A program made the position numbers and the translations under genes. From Mobula hypostoma (Eukaryota), in the NCBI RefSeq assembly GCF_963921235.1, contig NC_086097.1, forward strand, positions 81,098,001 through 81,162,000: 64,000 nucleotides of DNA, given 5' to 3'. This document shows, one piece after another, positions 26,375 to 38,263 of this stretch. Each line of letters starts with the position of its first letter. Position 1 is the stretch's first letter. The notes under the pieces were generated by a model. It was not told the DNA's origin. It saw only the letters and a program-made list of their open reading frames with translations, and did not search any database.

Positions 26375-27384
26375 CTAGGAAAGAGAACCCTGACTTGACT
26401 CAGCATGAAATTAAACCTGTTCAAAGGTGAACAATCTAATAAGTGACATTGGCATAATTGAAATGTTATGATGATAAGCATAAGCCAATAATCTGTCAGC
26501 GTGTTTTGCACTCAAGTGAAACTTAGAGACAGCATGTCATGTTCAAGATGGAACATCCAATAAAATCAAACACAGATTACCCGAGTAATTAATGACAGAT
26601 AACCCACTTTAAATAAACACTCAAATGTTAAAATAATTTAATCTATCTTGCAATGAGGAAATTTTACAGAAAATGCAAAGTCAATTCAATGGAAAAGTTT
26701 GAAGAAATTGTTAATAATTATTGATCAAAGCTGAAACTTCAACATCGCTTAATCTTTTATATTCAGATGTATTTCCATCATTTTGACTTACTTCAAATAG
26801 ATATCTTTGTGTTATGGAAAGGCAATATAAATCAACAATTGATACCCAGATGGTACAGAATCACCGCAGAACCAGCATCAGCATACCAGCATATGTTAAT
26901 CAGCATCAATGATTATGACAGAAGTAACAATTGTTTGAGTGTTGACATGTATCTGTTGAACTGCATTTCTGTAACCATGTACAAACCCCTCTAAACTGAC
27001 TTAAGCCAACAGTCCAACTATTATTAAGTTAAAACATCCTTCTTTAAATATGGTCTTTTCCATGCTGATCTGAAGAGGCAGTGGTTTAAAACAGCTTTTT
27101 GAGAGCTTATTTATTACATTACTTATCAGGTGAAGAAAAATTCAACTGACAGAAAATATCTTCCCAAATCGATTTTTGTTTCTCCACTCTCATGAACGCG
27201 GCACCCATGTTTCTGGCTCTTGCTTCTGAAATAATGGTATCCAATAAGTTATCTTATTTTCTTATTTATTCCCCTGAGGCAGTCACATTATGTAATACTT
27301 CAGAGCTTATTGTTATTATATTGCAAGATATCATTTCAAGAAGAATATTTTGGCATTGGAGAGGATGTAGCATGTTGCCCTAAA

Positions 27385-27830
27385 CTCAAGATTTAAGATT
27401 GTTTAATGTCATTTCCAGTACACGAGTGTAAAGGAGAACAAAATCATTGGTACTCCAGATCCAATGCAGCGCAAAAAAAAGGAACACAATAATAATAAAA
27501 AACACAACAAATATAAATACATATGAAAGCTTACATACAATAGATTGATTGCACGTCCATAAAGTGAAGCTAGGCACAGCAGCGACAGTACGTAAGGCGA
27601 CTGACAGGAAATAATAAAGTAGTGGCTGGGTGGCGGGGGGGGGGGATTGTGGAGAGGTGGATAGTGGGTGGATCTGTTTAATCAGCCTTATTGCTTGTGG
27701 AAAGTAACTGTTTTTGAGTCTGTTGGTCGTTGTGTGGTTCCTGATGGGAGTGAAAAAAATCAGTCCATGAGCAGGGTGGATGCAAGACTTCATGATGTTA
27801 CTGTCCCTTTTCCAGCACCTTTCTGTGTAT
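27385..27830 (-). mobile_element. Rex1/Babar-type LINE 3' end
   Basis: IHPAHGL..TNRLKNSYFPQAIRLI; same family as 63490-63850. Confidence 0.75.
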
Positions 27831-28184
27831 CTGATACTGGAGCTAAGAGTTAAAATATGAGGGTATCAGGAAACACCACTTCAGTGTTAACAGTCTGGAA
27901 AATCTCTGTAAGTTGTTGATGAAGCTGAGCAAACCAAGGCAAGTTAGGACAGACAGGGTAGTTGGGTGATGGAATAGGTGGAGGTATTGATCAGTTACTA
28001 CCTGACTGAATAACAGAACAGGCTTGATGAATGTGAGTCTCTCTTGTGTATATGAACAAGCAGAGTATGAATGGGAAGCAGAGTGTGCTGATACATTATT
28101 AAAGGAAAAGTACTTTTCTCAACAGCTCGAACAATCCATTGGCCCCCCCTGGGGTGAAGGGAGAAGGGGAGAGTTGTTTAAGCA

Positions 28185-28822
28185 CGCAAACACGAGGAAT
28201 TCTGCAGATGCTGGAAATTCAAGCAACACAGATCAAAGTTGCTGGTGAACGCAGCAGGCCAGGCAGCACCTCTAGGAAGAGGTACAGTCGACATTTCGGG
28301 CCGAGACCCTTCATCAGGACTAACTGAAAGAAGAGCTAGTAAGAGATTTGAAAGTGGGAGGGGGAGGGGGATTTCCAAAATGATAGAAGACGGGCAGGTG
28401 GGGGGGATGGAGCCAAGAGCTGGACAGGTGATTGGCAAAAGGGATATGAGAGGATCATGGGACAGGAGGCCCAGGGAGAAGGAAAAAGGGGAGGGGGGAA
28501 AACCCAGAGGATGGGCAAGGGGTATAGTCAGAGGGACAGAGGGAGAAAAAGGAGAGAGAGAGAAAGAGTGTGTGTATATAAATAAATAATGGATGGGGTA
28601 CGAGGGGGAGGTGGGGCATTAGCGGAAGTTAGAGAAGTCAATGTTCTTGCCATCAGGCTGGAGGCTACCCAGACGGAATATGAGGTGTTGTTCCTCCAAC
28701 CTGAGTGTGGCTTCATCTTTACAGTAGAGGAGGCCGTGGATAGACATATCAGAATGGGAATGGGATGTGGAATTAAAATGTGTGGCCACTGGGAGATCCT
28801 GCTTTCTCTGGCGGACAGAGCA
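28185..28822 (-). mobile_element. Penelope-like element 3' fragment (GIY-YIG C-terminus plus pseudo-LTR), well preserved, with TSD
   Basis: DLPVATHFNSTSHSHSDMSIHGLLYC..RLEEQHLIFRLGSLQPDGKNIDFSNFR; flanked by TTGTTTAAGCA(C/T)GC at 28174-28187 and 28823-28836. Confidence 0.9.
28286..28321 (-). ncRNA. Minimal type-I hammerhead ribozyme motif
   Basis: AGUC-CUGAUGA-AGGGUCUCGGCCC-GAAA-UGUC-GACU: canonical core, GGGU/GCCC stem II, GUC cleavage triplet. Confidence 0.8.
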
Positions 28823-29671
28823 TTGTTTAAGCATGCTGTTTGGGAAGGCAAGTGTGGAAGGCGATAGGCTTTTTTTCTGGCCCTATAATAACCTAGACTA
28901 GGTGTGAGGATGACTCCTTCTCCAGGTATGAGATGGGCAGACCAGGTTTTGGATTGCTGAGTTAGTTGTGTACACTTGCCTGTTTGCTCTGTGGATTTAG
29001 ACAGCAATCCTAACAACGGAAATAAACTTGCTGCCAACATGAAAGGACGATGAAACAAGAGCATAGATGGAGTTAAGATAAAAACAGATATGATCAAATT
29101 GCATGAAAAAGCCTTGCATAACTTAATACATGTAAATTCAACAAATGAAGAGGAGCTGTTTTCAAGAAATTACTGGATTGAAAGAATGTAAAAGAGATGG
29201 TACACACTAGGAGCTGAAGATAGCAAGGTGAGGTATTTAGTGTCGTTACTGCTCTTTTCCAAGGGCATGTATGAGGGATAGAAACTAGAGTTCACTTGGC
29301 ATCTGAAGCAGCAAAGTGGTTGGACGTGGAATGAACTGTTTTAAAATGTACTGGAGTGCAGAGCATGAAGGATTATCAAGGAACAGCTGCCTGTGAATAT
29401 GTAGTAGGGAAGAGGAGGCAGAGATGGAGATTACTAGCAGAGAATGAGTAGTCAAAACAGTGAGGAAAGATATTTTCCTAATGAAGGGTCTTGGCCCAAA
29501 ATAATGAGTAATTTCCCTCCATAGATGACTTGCTGAGCTCCTCCATCATTTACTGTGTTTTACTCAATATGTTCTGCAGAATCTCTTGTGTTACAGATAT
29601 TTTGACGTGGGAAGGCAAAAAATCACCATATAAAAAGGTGAGGGCAAAACAACCGGATGTGGTATTTGTAA

Positions 29672-29801
29672 TGTGACAAGAATACACATAGATTAAGATG
29701 TTAGCTGTCCTGTGTGATCAGCAGTTGGTCTGCCACCTGTCTTCAGGAGAGAGAGAGATAAGGAAAACAATGGAGCAGCATTTGGAGATGTGTAATGAAG
29801 G

Positions 29802-29849
<48 letters not shown>

Positions 29850-30568
29850 ACAGAAAGAGGGAGCTGTCAAGAGCGGCTCTCCCTTTGAACCCTGAACTGT
29901 TTGAAGTGATGAACAGGCGATACCCCAGCAGGGGGATAAAAAGGGACAGGTTCGCTAAGGCAGGACACACACGACACCCGAGGTAACGAGACCCTGGAAG
30001 CGGTGCGACTCTCACAAGTCGGTGGGAAGCTTTTGGACAGCTGATCACGGGATCAAGCCATAGATGCTCAGGGTGGAAAGGCACGATCGGCGGGAACCTG
30101 GTGTGTGTCCACCCTTGCCTGGGTGCCAGGTTCACCGCAGGGAAACGATTCGTATCTGGAAACGGAGGGGTCATGGTCGGTGACCTCAGATGACATCACA
30201 AAGGGCTCGCACGAAAGTTGACTGCGAAGGTCTGTGTGTGGAAGCCGCTTGAATATTCATTCGTTTTGCTCTCTCTCTCCTTCCCCCCACTGTCTGCGAA
30301 CTGAACTGAACTAAATTGAACTGAACTTTGCGTCACTTTGAAATTGGTCATTTACCCCTAGACAACGATAGAGTTTGATTGACCCTGTTATATTAATTCT
30401 GTGTACATGTATGTTTATCATTGCTGAACTGTTGCATTTATTATCCTTTTGATTAGAGTAGTGTGTTGCTTGTTTCTTTAATAAAATTTTCTTAGTTCTA
30501 GTAATCCAGACTCTAACTGAGTGATCCATTTCTGCTGGTTTGGCAACCCAGTTACGGGGTACGTAACA
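29672..30568 (+). mobile_element. Solo LTR (897 bp; Gypsy- or ERV-type)
   Basis: Termini TGTGAC...GTAACA; 4-bp TSD GTAA at 29668-29671 and 30569-30572; TATA-like GATAAAAA near 29935; AATAAA near 30480; CpGs retained. Confidence 0.85.
29805..29847. repeat. (GA)n microsatellite inside the solo LTR
   Basis: About 21 uninterrupted GA units. Confidence 0.95.
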
Positions 30569-32244
30569 GTAAGCAAAACAGTAACAGAGGGCAAAGTGTG
30601 ATATTTGATCCAATCATCCAAGCAGCTTGAGTGGGATTGGTTGAGAAGAGTGAAATTTTGATGTGAGCTAAGGTGATACCAGTGTAGTAGCAAGTAAACC
30701 CGCGATGCCAGTATGATCATACATAGTTTGGTTACAAAAGGGTTGTGTGAACATACAAGTGAAAAGCTGTAAAGCAGCAAAGAACAAGCAAACTAGAAGC
30801 CTGAAACCAGACCCCAACCAACTGAGAGAAGGGGAATGAAGACTAGGATTTGGCTTCCCACCTGTCCTGCCTCCATTAAATCCTGATGAGGTGGGTGAAG
30901 TTGTTTTATGAGTCTCACTTAAGCTTAACCCACCGTTTTAACGGATGTTGCCAAGTTCACCCCCAGCCCACAGTGCACCTGCTAAGGTTTTAGCAGTTGC
31001 TTTTCACATTGGCTGAAAATGTTGAGATCCTTAATTGTGAAAAACACCTAAAAAACAAATATAAGACAACAAAAGTCTAGATCAGATGGCAAAAGTTTTT
31101 AGATCCATCAGCTGAAACATTATAATTCTTTTAAAAAGACTATTACACATCCATGACGTGACTGATTGTAATAAAACAACCAACAAAATAAATTATTCCT
31201 TGCCTTTCCTCATCTCATAGATATGACAGAAATTCAATGTAAATAACTTAAGATAAAATAAATTATTGATTCACATTTACAAAATGTCTTTCTGTCGTAA
31301 ACCAAGGTATCCATTCTATCGGCTGGTAATATTTAGTTACTGCTACCAATAAAGGAGAAAAAACTGCTTTTATAATGAATCTCCCCTTTGTTATTTTTGC
31401 ATTTTTGTTAATATTGCCTGGGAGAAATTTGACTGCAATCATTGATTCGCCATTGGGGAACGAACTGATTATAACTTAATTCAAATTTCAGAATGATTGA
31501 AGAGGGAAGAAAAATTGTACCTGGGAGACAGAATAGTAATTTCAGCAACAACTATAAGTAAAACAGAGCCAAAATAATTTGAGATTTGGCTAGTTTTACA
31601 GGCTTGCTTTCAATTGTTCAATTAATTTGAAGAGACCAAGGCCACATCTGAATAAATAGATTAAAGCCAGGATAGAATGAGGAGTGGGCTCTGATTTCTA
31701 ATGACTGTAAAATATGCCTTGATTATAATAATTTCTTATATTTTTGTCATCCATTTTTAAAGCTTTCATTGTTACTGTCAAGATAAATTTATTCAAGACT
31801 CATTTACTCTATGTCATACATAGTGCATTGTGTTAACATAAAAAAAATTCTGATCAGGTAATCTCTAGTCCAAATCCTGATAATTTCGCAAATGCAACAG
31901 TGTTAAAGTAAAGCAGGTTAATGAATATGCACCAGAAAACATAATCCCACCCTGAAAAATCGACAGCAGTGAAGCAAAGCTTTTAGAGAGGACATGAGAC
32001 TAAGCAAATCCAGAAAGGAGAGGAAAAGGCTGAAGGAAAATATAACAGCAACTTAACAGTTAAGCTGTTGTCTTCATTGCCTGTTTTATTTGTGCTGCTT
32101 TCCTCACTATCTCCATGCCAACCACCCAACACTACACAGACTGCTTTCTGCACACCCCCACCCGCACCGCGTCTCAATTCTTCTCTGACATTACTTCCAC
32201 CTTCGCCTCTCGAGTTCAGTTGCTTCTTTTCTCTGCACTTCAAG

Positions 32245-32310
32245 TGGAAATGATCAGTGTCACGGGAGGAAAGGATGCAGCTGATAACGAACAGGCTCCA
32301 TTACACAGAG
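32245..32310 (+). CDS. Candidate internal coding exon (66 nt, phase 1-1) of an unidentified gene
   Basis: cttcttttctctgcacttcaag|TG GAA ATG...CAC AGA G|gtaggt. Frame EMISVTGGKDAADNEQAPLHR; long pyrimidine-rich upstream tract with CpGs. Confidence 0.3.
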
Positions 32311-32556
32311 GTAGGTGCGCTGAATACTTGGCGGATGTAGGCTGACAGTCAGAATGAGGGACATGTGTGGTAGTTGTCACCAGGACACAGAGACAACAAT
32401 CCAATAGACAGAAGAGAATACTCAAAACGGGAAAGATGGAAAAATGACCAAGTTGATTACGTAAGGATAATATTGTTATTGGAGGTTGAAGAAATAGGTG
32501 GGTGAATAATCCAAATCTCAAATCTTACTGACGAAATCACAAGGTTTTTCTTTCTA

Positions 32557-33095
32557 CATGCAGTAAAACACTTTATTAGGTACATCTGCTTATTAATGCA
32601 AATATCTAATCAGCCAATCACGAGGCAGCATCTCAATGCATAAAAGCACAGTCCAGAGGTTCAGTTGTTGTTAGACCAAACATGACAATGGGAAAGTATG
32701 TCATTGAAGTGATTTTGGCCGTGAAATGATTGCTAGTGCCAGATGGAGTGGCCTAAGTGTCTCAGAAACTGCTGATCTGGGATTTTCGTGCACGACAGTC
32801 TCGCGAGTTTACAGAGAATGGTGCAATAGACAAAGAAATGTATAGTGAGTGGGAGAAAATGCTTTGTTAATGAGAGAGGTCAGCGGAGATTGGCCAGGCA
32901 ACTTCAAGCTGATTGGAAGGTGATAGTAACTCAAATAACCACACATTACAACAGTGGTGTGCAGAACAGCATCTCTGAATGCACAACATGTCAAACCTTG
33001 AAGTGGATGGCCAACAGCAGCATAAGACCACACACATACACTCAGTGTCCACTTAATTAGGTACCTCCTGTATCTAATAAAGTGGTTACTGAGGG
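32557..33095 (+). mobile_element. Tc1-derived non-autonomous element ending in a palindromic mini-MITE (33039-33095)
   Basis: Transposase N-terminal remnant SETADL..TVSRVYREW..SGRK..NERGQRRLAR..TQITTHYNSG; end CTCAGTGTCCACTTAATTAGGTAC..TCTAATAAAGTGGTTACTGAG. Confidence 0.8.
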
Positions 33096-33179
33096 AAGGA
33101 ATTAACACCTTATATTTTCATGTTGTAATTAACTGAGTAACAGACATTACAACATAAATTTGTGGTCAGCGAATGCTAT

Positions 33180-34385
33180 GGTTTACTCAATGATTCTTTC
33201 TACACATCAGCATATAGGAGGGAGATGAAAATCTGGATCAGTAGTGCTACAACAACAAGCTCTCATTCAATGTCGACAAGACCAGGGAACTGACTATTGA
33301 CTTCAGAAGGAGGAAACCAGATGTTCATGAGCCATTCCTCCTTGGGGGATCAGAGGTGAAGAGTGTCACTAACTTTGAATTCCTGTGTTATCATTTCAGA
33401 AGACCTGTCCTAGGCCCAGCACTCTAGTGCAATTATGAAGAAATCATGGCAGGGCATCTACTTTCTTAGAAGTTTGCAAAGATTTGGCATGACATCTAAA
33501 ACTTCAAGTAACTTTTAAAGATACGCAGTGGACAATATATTGACTAGTTGCCTCAGGGCCTGGTATGTAAACACCAAAGTCCTTGAATGGAAAAACATAC
33601 AAAAAGTAGTGCAGCGACACACACAAAATGCGGGTGGAACGCAGCAGGCCAGGCAGCACCTACGGGGAGAAGTACAGTCGATGTTTCGGGCCGAGACAGT
33701 CCTGACGAAGGGTCTCGGCCTGAAATGTCGACTGCACCTCTTCCTATAGATGCTGCCTGCCCTGCTGCGTTCCACCCGCATTTTGTGTGTGTTGCTTGAA
33801 TTTCCAGCATCTGCAGATTTTCTCGTCTTTGCGTTTTTAAAAAGTAGTGGATACGGCTCAGTCCGTCGTGGGTAAAGCCCTCCCCACCACTGAGCGCCTC
33901 TCATAGAGGTTGTCGCAGGAAAGAAGCATCCATCATCAGGGATTGCCACCACCCAAATCATCCTCTCTTCTTGCTGCCGCCATCAGGAAGAAGGTACAAA
34001 AGCCTAAGGACTCATACCACTAGGTCTAGGAAAAGTTATCACCACTTAACTATCAGACTCTTGAACCAGTGGGATAACTCCACTCAACTTCACGTTCCCC
34101 ATCACTGAACTGTTCCCACAACCTATGGACTCACTTTCAAGGACTTTTCATCTCACGTTTTAAAAATCTATTGTGTATTTATTTAATATTATTATTGCTT
34201 ATCTTTTATATTTGCACAGTTGCTGTATTTTGCACATTGGTTGCTTGTCTGTCCTGCTGAGTGCGGTCTTTCATCGATTCAATTATGGTTCTTAGATTTA
34301 CTGAGTATGCCTGCAAGAAAATGAGTCTCAGGGATGTGTATGGTGAAATATATGTACTTTGATAATAAATTTACTTTGTACTTTG
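33180..34385 (+). mobile_element. Rex1/Babar LINE 3' fragment, host of the palindromic mini-Penelope
   Basis: Colinear with 47395-48275; tail GATAATAAATTTACTTTGTACTTTG. Confidence 0.85.
33612..33838 (+). mobile_element. 227-bp fold-back mini-Penelope insertion with hammerhead motif (33697-33734) and 11-bp TSD
   Basis: Arms 33613-33697 and 33712-33796 are reverse complements; TSD AAAAAGTAGTG at 33601-33611 and 33839-33849; CAGTC-CTGACGA-AGGGTCTCGGCCT-GAAA-TGTC-GACTG. Confidence 0.9.
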
Positions 34386-34877
34386 TAAATCCAATCAATT
34401 CTGACAGATTCTAGTCATTTCTAATCGATCAGAAATTCTATTAAAAATTCTGCTTGCATGATTATCAAATAGTTTCTGGAAACCTGTACTGCTGATAAAA
34501 GACTTTCATCTATTTCTCATCAGAATGACTGCCTTATAAAATTCAACTAGACCGGTAAAACCCAATCATCTCTTTTCATTTGTCCTTACAATGTAGGAGG
34601 AAGCCAATTTGCCCATTGAGTCCATATTGACTTTGAGAGCAATCTCATCAATTCAATTCACAATTTCCCTTTCATCTATTGTGTCACAAATGCCCATAAC
34701 ATCAATAACTTCTCAATTCTCCTTCCATCCAACAACATCAGAGACAATTTACAGCAACCAATATGCCTTAGAGATGAGAGAGGAAACTTGAGGAAGTCCA
34801 CACAGATACAAATAAAGGTAAAAATTCCACATTGAAGTCAGAGTTGAACGTGAGTGCTGTGCTGTCTCTTTTTGAAT

Positions 34878-37850
34878 GAATCAGAATCAGGTTTATTATC
34901 ACTGGCATGTGACATGAAATTTGTTAACTTAGCAGCAGCAGTTCAATGCAGTACATAATATAGAAGAGAAAAGTAAATAAAAATAACAATAATAAATAAA
35001 TTACACTATACCTATACTGAATAGTTTAAAAAAACGTACAAAAACTGTACAGTATATTAAAAAAAGTGAGGTAGTGTCCAAGGGTTCAATGTCCATTTAG
35101 GAATCGGATGGCAGAGGGGAAGAAGCTGTTCCTGTATCGCTGAGTGTGTGTCTTCAGGCTTCTGTACCTCCTACCCAATGGTAGCAGTGAGAAAAGGGCA
35201 TCCCTGGGTGCTGGAGGTCCTTAATAATGGACGCTGCTTTTCTGAGACACTGCTCCCTGAAGAAGTCTTGGGTACTTTGTAGGCTAGTACCCAAGATGGA
35301 GCTGACTAGATTTACAACCCCCGCAGCTTCTTTCAGTCCTGTGTTGTAGCTCCCACATACCAGATGGTGATGCAGCCTGTCAGAATGCTCTCCACGGTAC
35401 ATCTATAGAAGTTTTTGAGTGTATTTGTAGACATGCCAAATCTCTTCAAAACTTCTAATGAAGTATAGCCACTGTCTTGCCTTCCTTTTAACTGCATTGA
35501 TATGTTGGGACCAGGTTAGATCCTCAGAGATCTTGACACCCAGGAACTTGAAACTGCTCACTCTCTCCACTTCTGATCCCTCTATGAGGATTGGTATGTG
35601 TTACTTCATCTTACCCTTCCTAAAGTCCACAATCCGTTCTTTCATCTTACTGACATTGTGCCAGGTTGTTGCTGCGGCACCACTCCACTAGTTGGCATAT
35701 CTCACTCCCGTACGCCCTCTTGTCACCACCTGAGATTCTCCCCACAATGGTTGTCTCATCAGAAAATTTATAGATGGTATTTGATCCATGCCTAGCCATG
35801 CAGTCATGTGTATATAGAGAGTAGAGCAGTGGGCTAAGCACACACCCTAGGGTGCGCCAGTGAGGAGGATATGTCACCACCAATCCACACAGACTGTGGT
35901 CTTCCGGTTAGGAAGTCGAGGATCCAATTGCAGAGGGAGGTACAGAGGCCCAGGTTCTGCAACTTCTCAATCAGGATTGTGGGAATGATGGTATTAAATG
36001 CTGAGCTATAGTCAATGAACAGTATGCTGACATAGGTGTTTGTGTTGTTCAGGTGGTCTAAAGCCATGTGGAGAGCCATTGAGATTGTGTCTGCTGTTGA
36101 CCTATTGTGGCAATAGGCAAATTGCAATGAGTTCAGGTCCTTGTTGAGGCAGGAGTTCAGTCTAGTCATGACCAACCTCCCAAAGCATTTCATCACTGTA
36201 GATGTGAGTGCTACCGAGTGATAGTCATTAAGGCAGCTCACATTATTCTTCTTCGGCACTGGTATAATTGTTGCCTTTTTGAAGCAAGTGGGAACTTCCA
36301 CCTGTACCAGAGGGAGGTTGAAAATATCCTTGAATACTTCTGCTAGTTGGTTGGCACAGGTTTTTCCAAGCCTTCAAAGCTTTCAGAACTTTCAAAGTGG
36401 GCATAGAAGGAATTGAGTTCATCGCTGCCATTCATGCTATTGGGTTTCGCTTTCTAGGAAGTAATGTCTTGCAAACCCTAACAGAGTTGGCGTGCATCTG
36501 ATATCACCTCCAACCTCATTCAAAATTGTCTCTTCACCCTTGAAATAGCCCTCTGCAAATCGTACCTGGTTTTCTGCTACAGGCCTGGCTTACCAGACCT
36601 GAATGCCACAGATCTAGCCTTCAGCAGATGACGTACCTCCTGGTTCATCCACAGTTTTTAGTTTGGGAATGCACAGTAAGTCTTTGTAGGCACACACTCA
36701 TCCACACAGGTTTTAATGAAGTCAGTACAATTGCAGCATACTCATCCAGGTTCGAAGATGAGTTCCTGAATACAGTCCAGTCCACCGATTCAAAGCAGTA
36801 CTGTAGGCGATCCTGCGCTTCCCTTGTACATACCTTCTTGGTCCTCACTACTGGTGCTGCAGTCTTCAGTCTCTGCCTATACTCAGGGAGTAGAAGTACA
36901 GCCAGGTGATCAGACTTCCCGAAGTGAGGGCGTGGAATAGCACGGTAGGCATTCTTGATGGTGGTGTAGCAATGGTCCAATGTGTTGCTTCCTCTGGTAT
37001 TGCAAGTGATCTGATGATGAAAATTGCTTTAGTGATTTTTTCAGACTGGCCTGGTTAAAATCTTCCAAAACGATGGTGAAGGCGTTAGGATGCACTGTTT
37101 TGTGCATGTTGATCCCATTGCTGAGATCATCTACAGCTTGACTAACATTAGCCTGAGATGAAATGTATACTGCTACCAAAATGACCCCAGAGAACACCCG
37201 CAGTAGGTAAAAAGGACGGCACTTAACTGCTGGATATTCCAGGTCTGTTGAGCAGAATTGGGACAGCACTGATATATTTGTGCACCAAGAAGAGTTGATC
37301 ATGCGGCATACTCCTCCACCTCCGCATTTGAGAGACTCTATAGATCTATCCTGACAGTGTATAGTAAACCCGTCGATCTGAATCGCTGCATCCCGTATGG
37401 AAGGAGTTAACCAGGATTCTGTGAAATAAAGGTCCTAATGTCCCTCTGATTCAGCACACTAGCTGTGACATCATCGATGGTATTCACCAGAGACTGCACA
37501 TTTGCTAGCAAGATAGTCGGTATAGCGAGTTTAAAACCCCATTTCCCTAAGCACACTTGTAACCCTTCTCTGCACCCGCACTTCCGATCACAATCAGTGT
37601 TGTTTCCATCAGTTTTAAGCAGCGATAGTTCGTTTAAACGCATTAAAACATTTTTGTTAATTTTACTGACCTTGGAAGCAGCTGTGCTTTGTAGCGCTAT
37701 CAGGCTGAAATGGGAATACTTAATCATATCCATTGAGTGTACTGCTGCTCCTTGAGTTGCTCCTAGGCACCCCGGAATGTACAGATTCATCATCGGTACC
37801 TTGTACTCATTCCAGTGCACACTGTTGCCCTGATACAAAAAACTTCGCAC
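34878..37850 (-). mobile_element. Near full-length decayed Rex1/Babar LINE (APE + RT)
   Basis: LLANVQSL, VYISSQAN, EDFNQA, HFGKSDH (APE); [50 protein letters not shown] (RT); (GATTCT)n tail; internal deletion near 36300-36400. Confidence 0.92.
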
Positions 37851-38263
37851 CACCAATAAATATTTCTATCTGGAGTTGTTTGGCATCTCTCTTTCCTGTA
37901 CTCCTCAAATGCAAAGGAATCAAGACTTAGATTTATATACGATTGGGATGCAGAGCCCATTGGGATTAGATTTATTAAGAGAAATGTAACTCTTAATAAA
38001 TATTTTAAAATATTAGAGCTCCATAGCTGATAGATGGACCTTTACTTCCCCGATAATTACCACCAAAGGTTAGAGGATTAGCCTGTTTTTATAAAATGAT
38101 GGCTAATAGAATTACTTAACTTTCATTTTACTGGGCATGTTCAGCTATAGACTAGACTCCGTTTCAAGTCCAACTTCAAGTTTATTGTCATCCAACATAT
38201 AGATGTGTACTTCGAAATGAAACAATGTTCCTCCAGAACAAGGTGCACAACATGGTACATATA

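Noticed and set aside
29743..30174. ORFs with RERERE/LSLSLS runs
   Set aside because: Translations of the (GA)n microsatellite inside the LTR.
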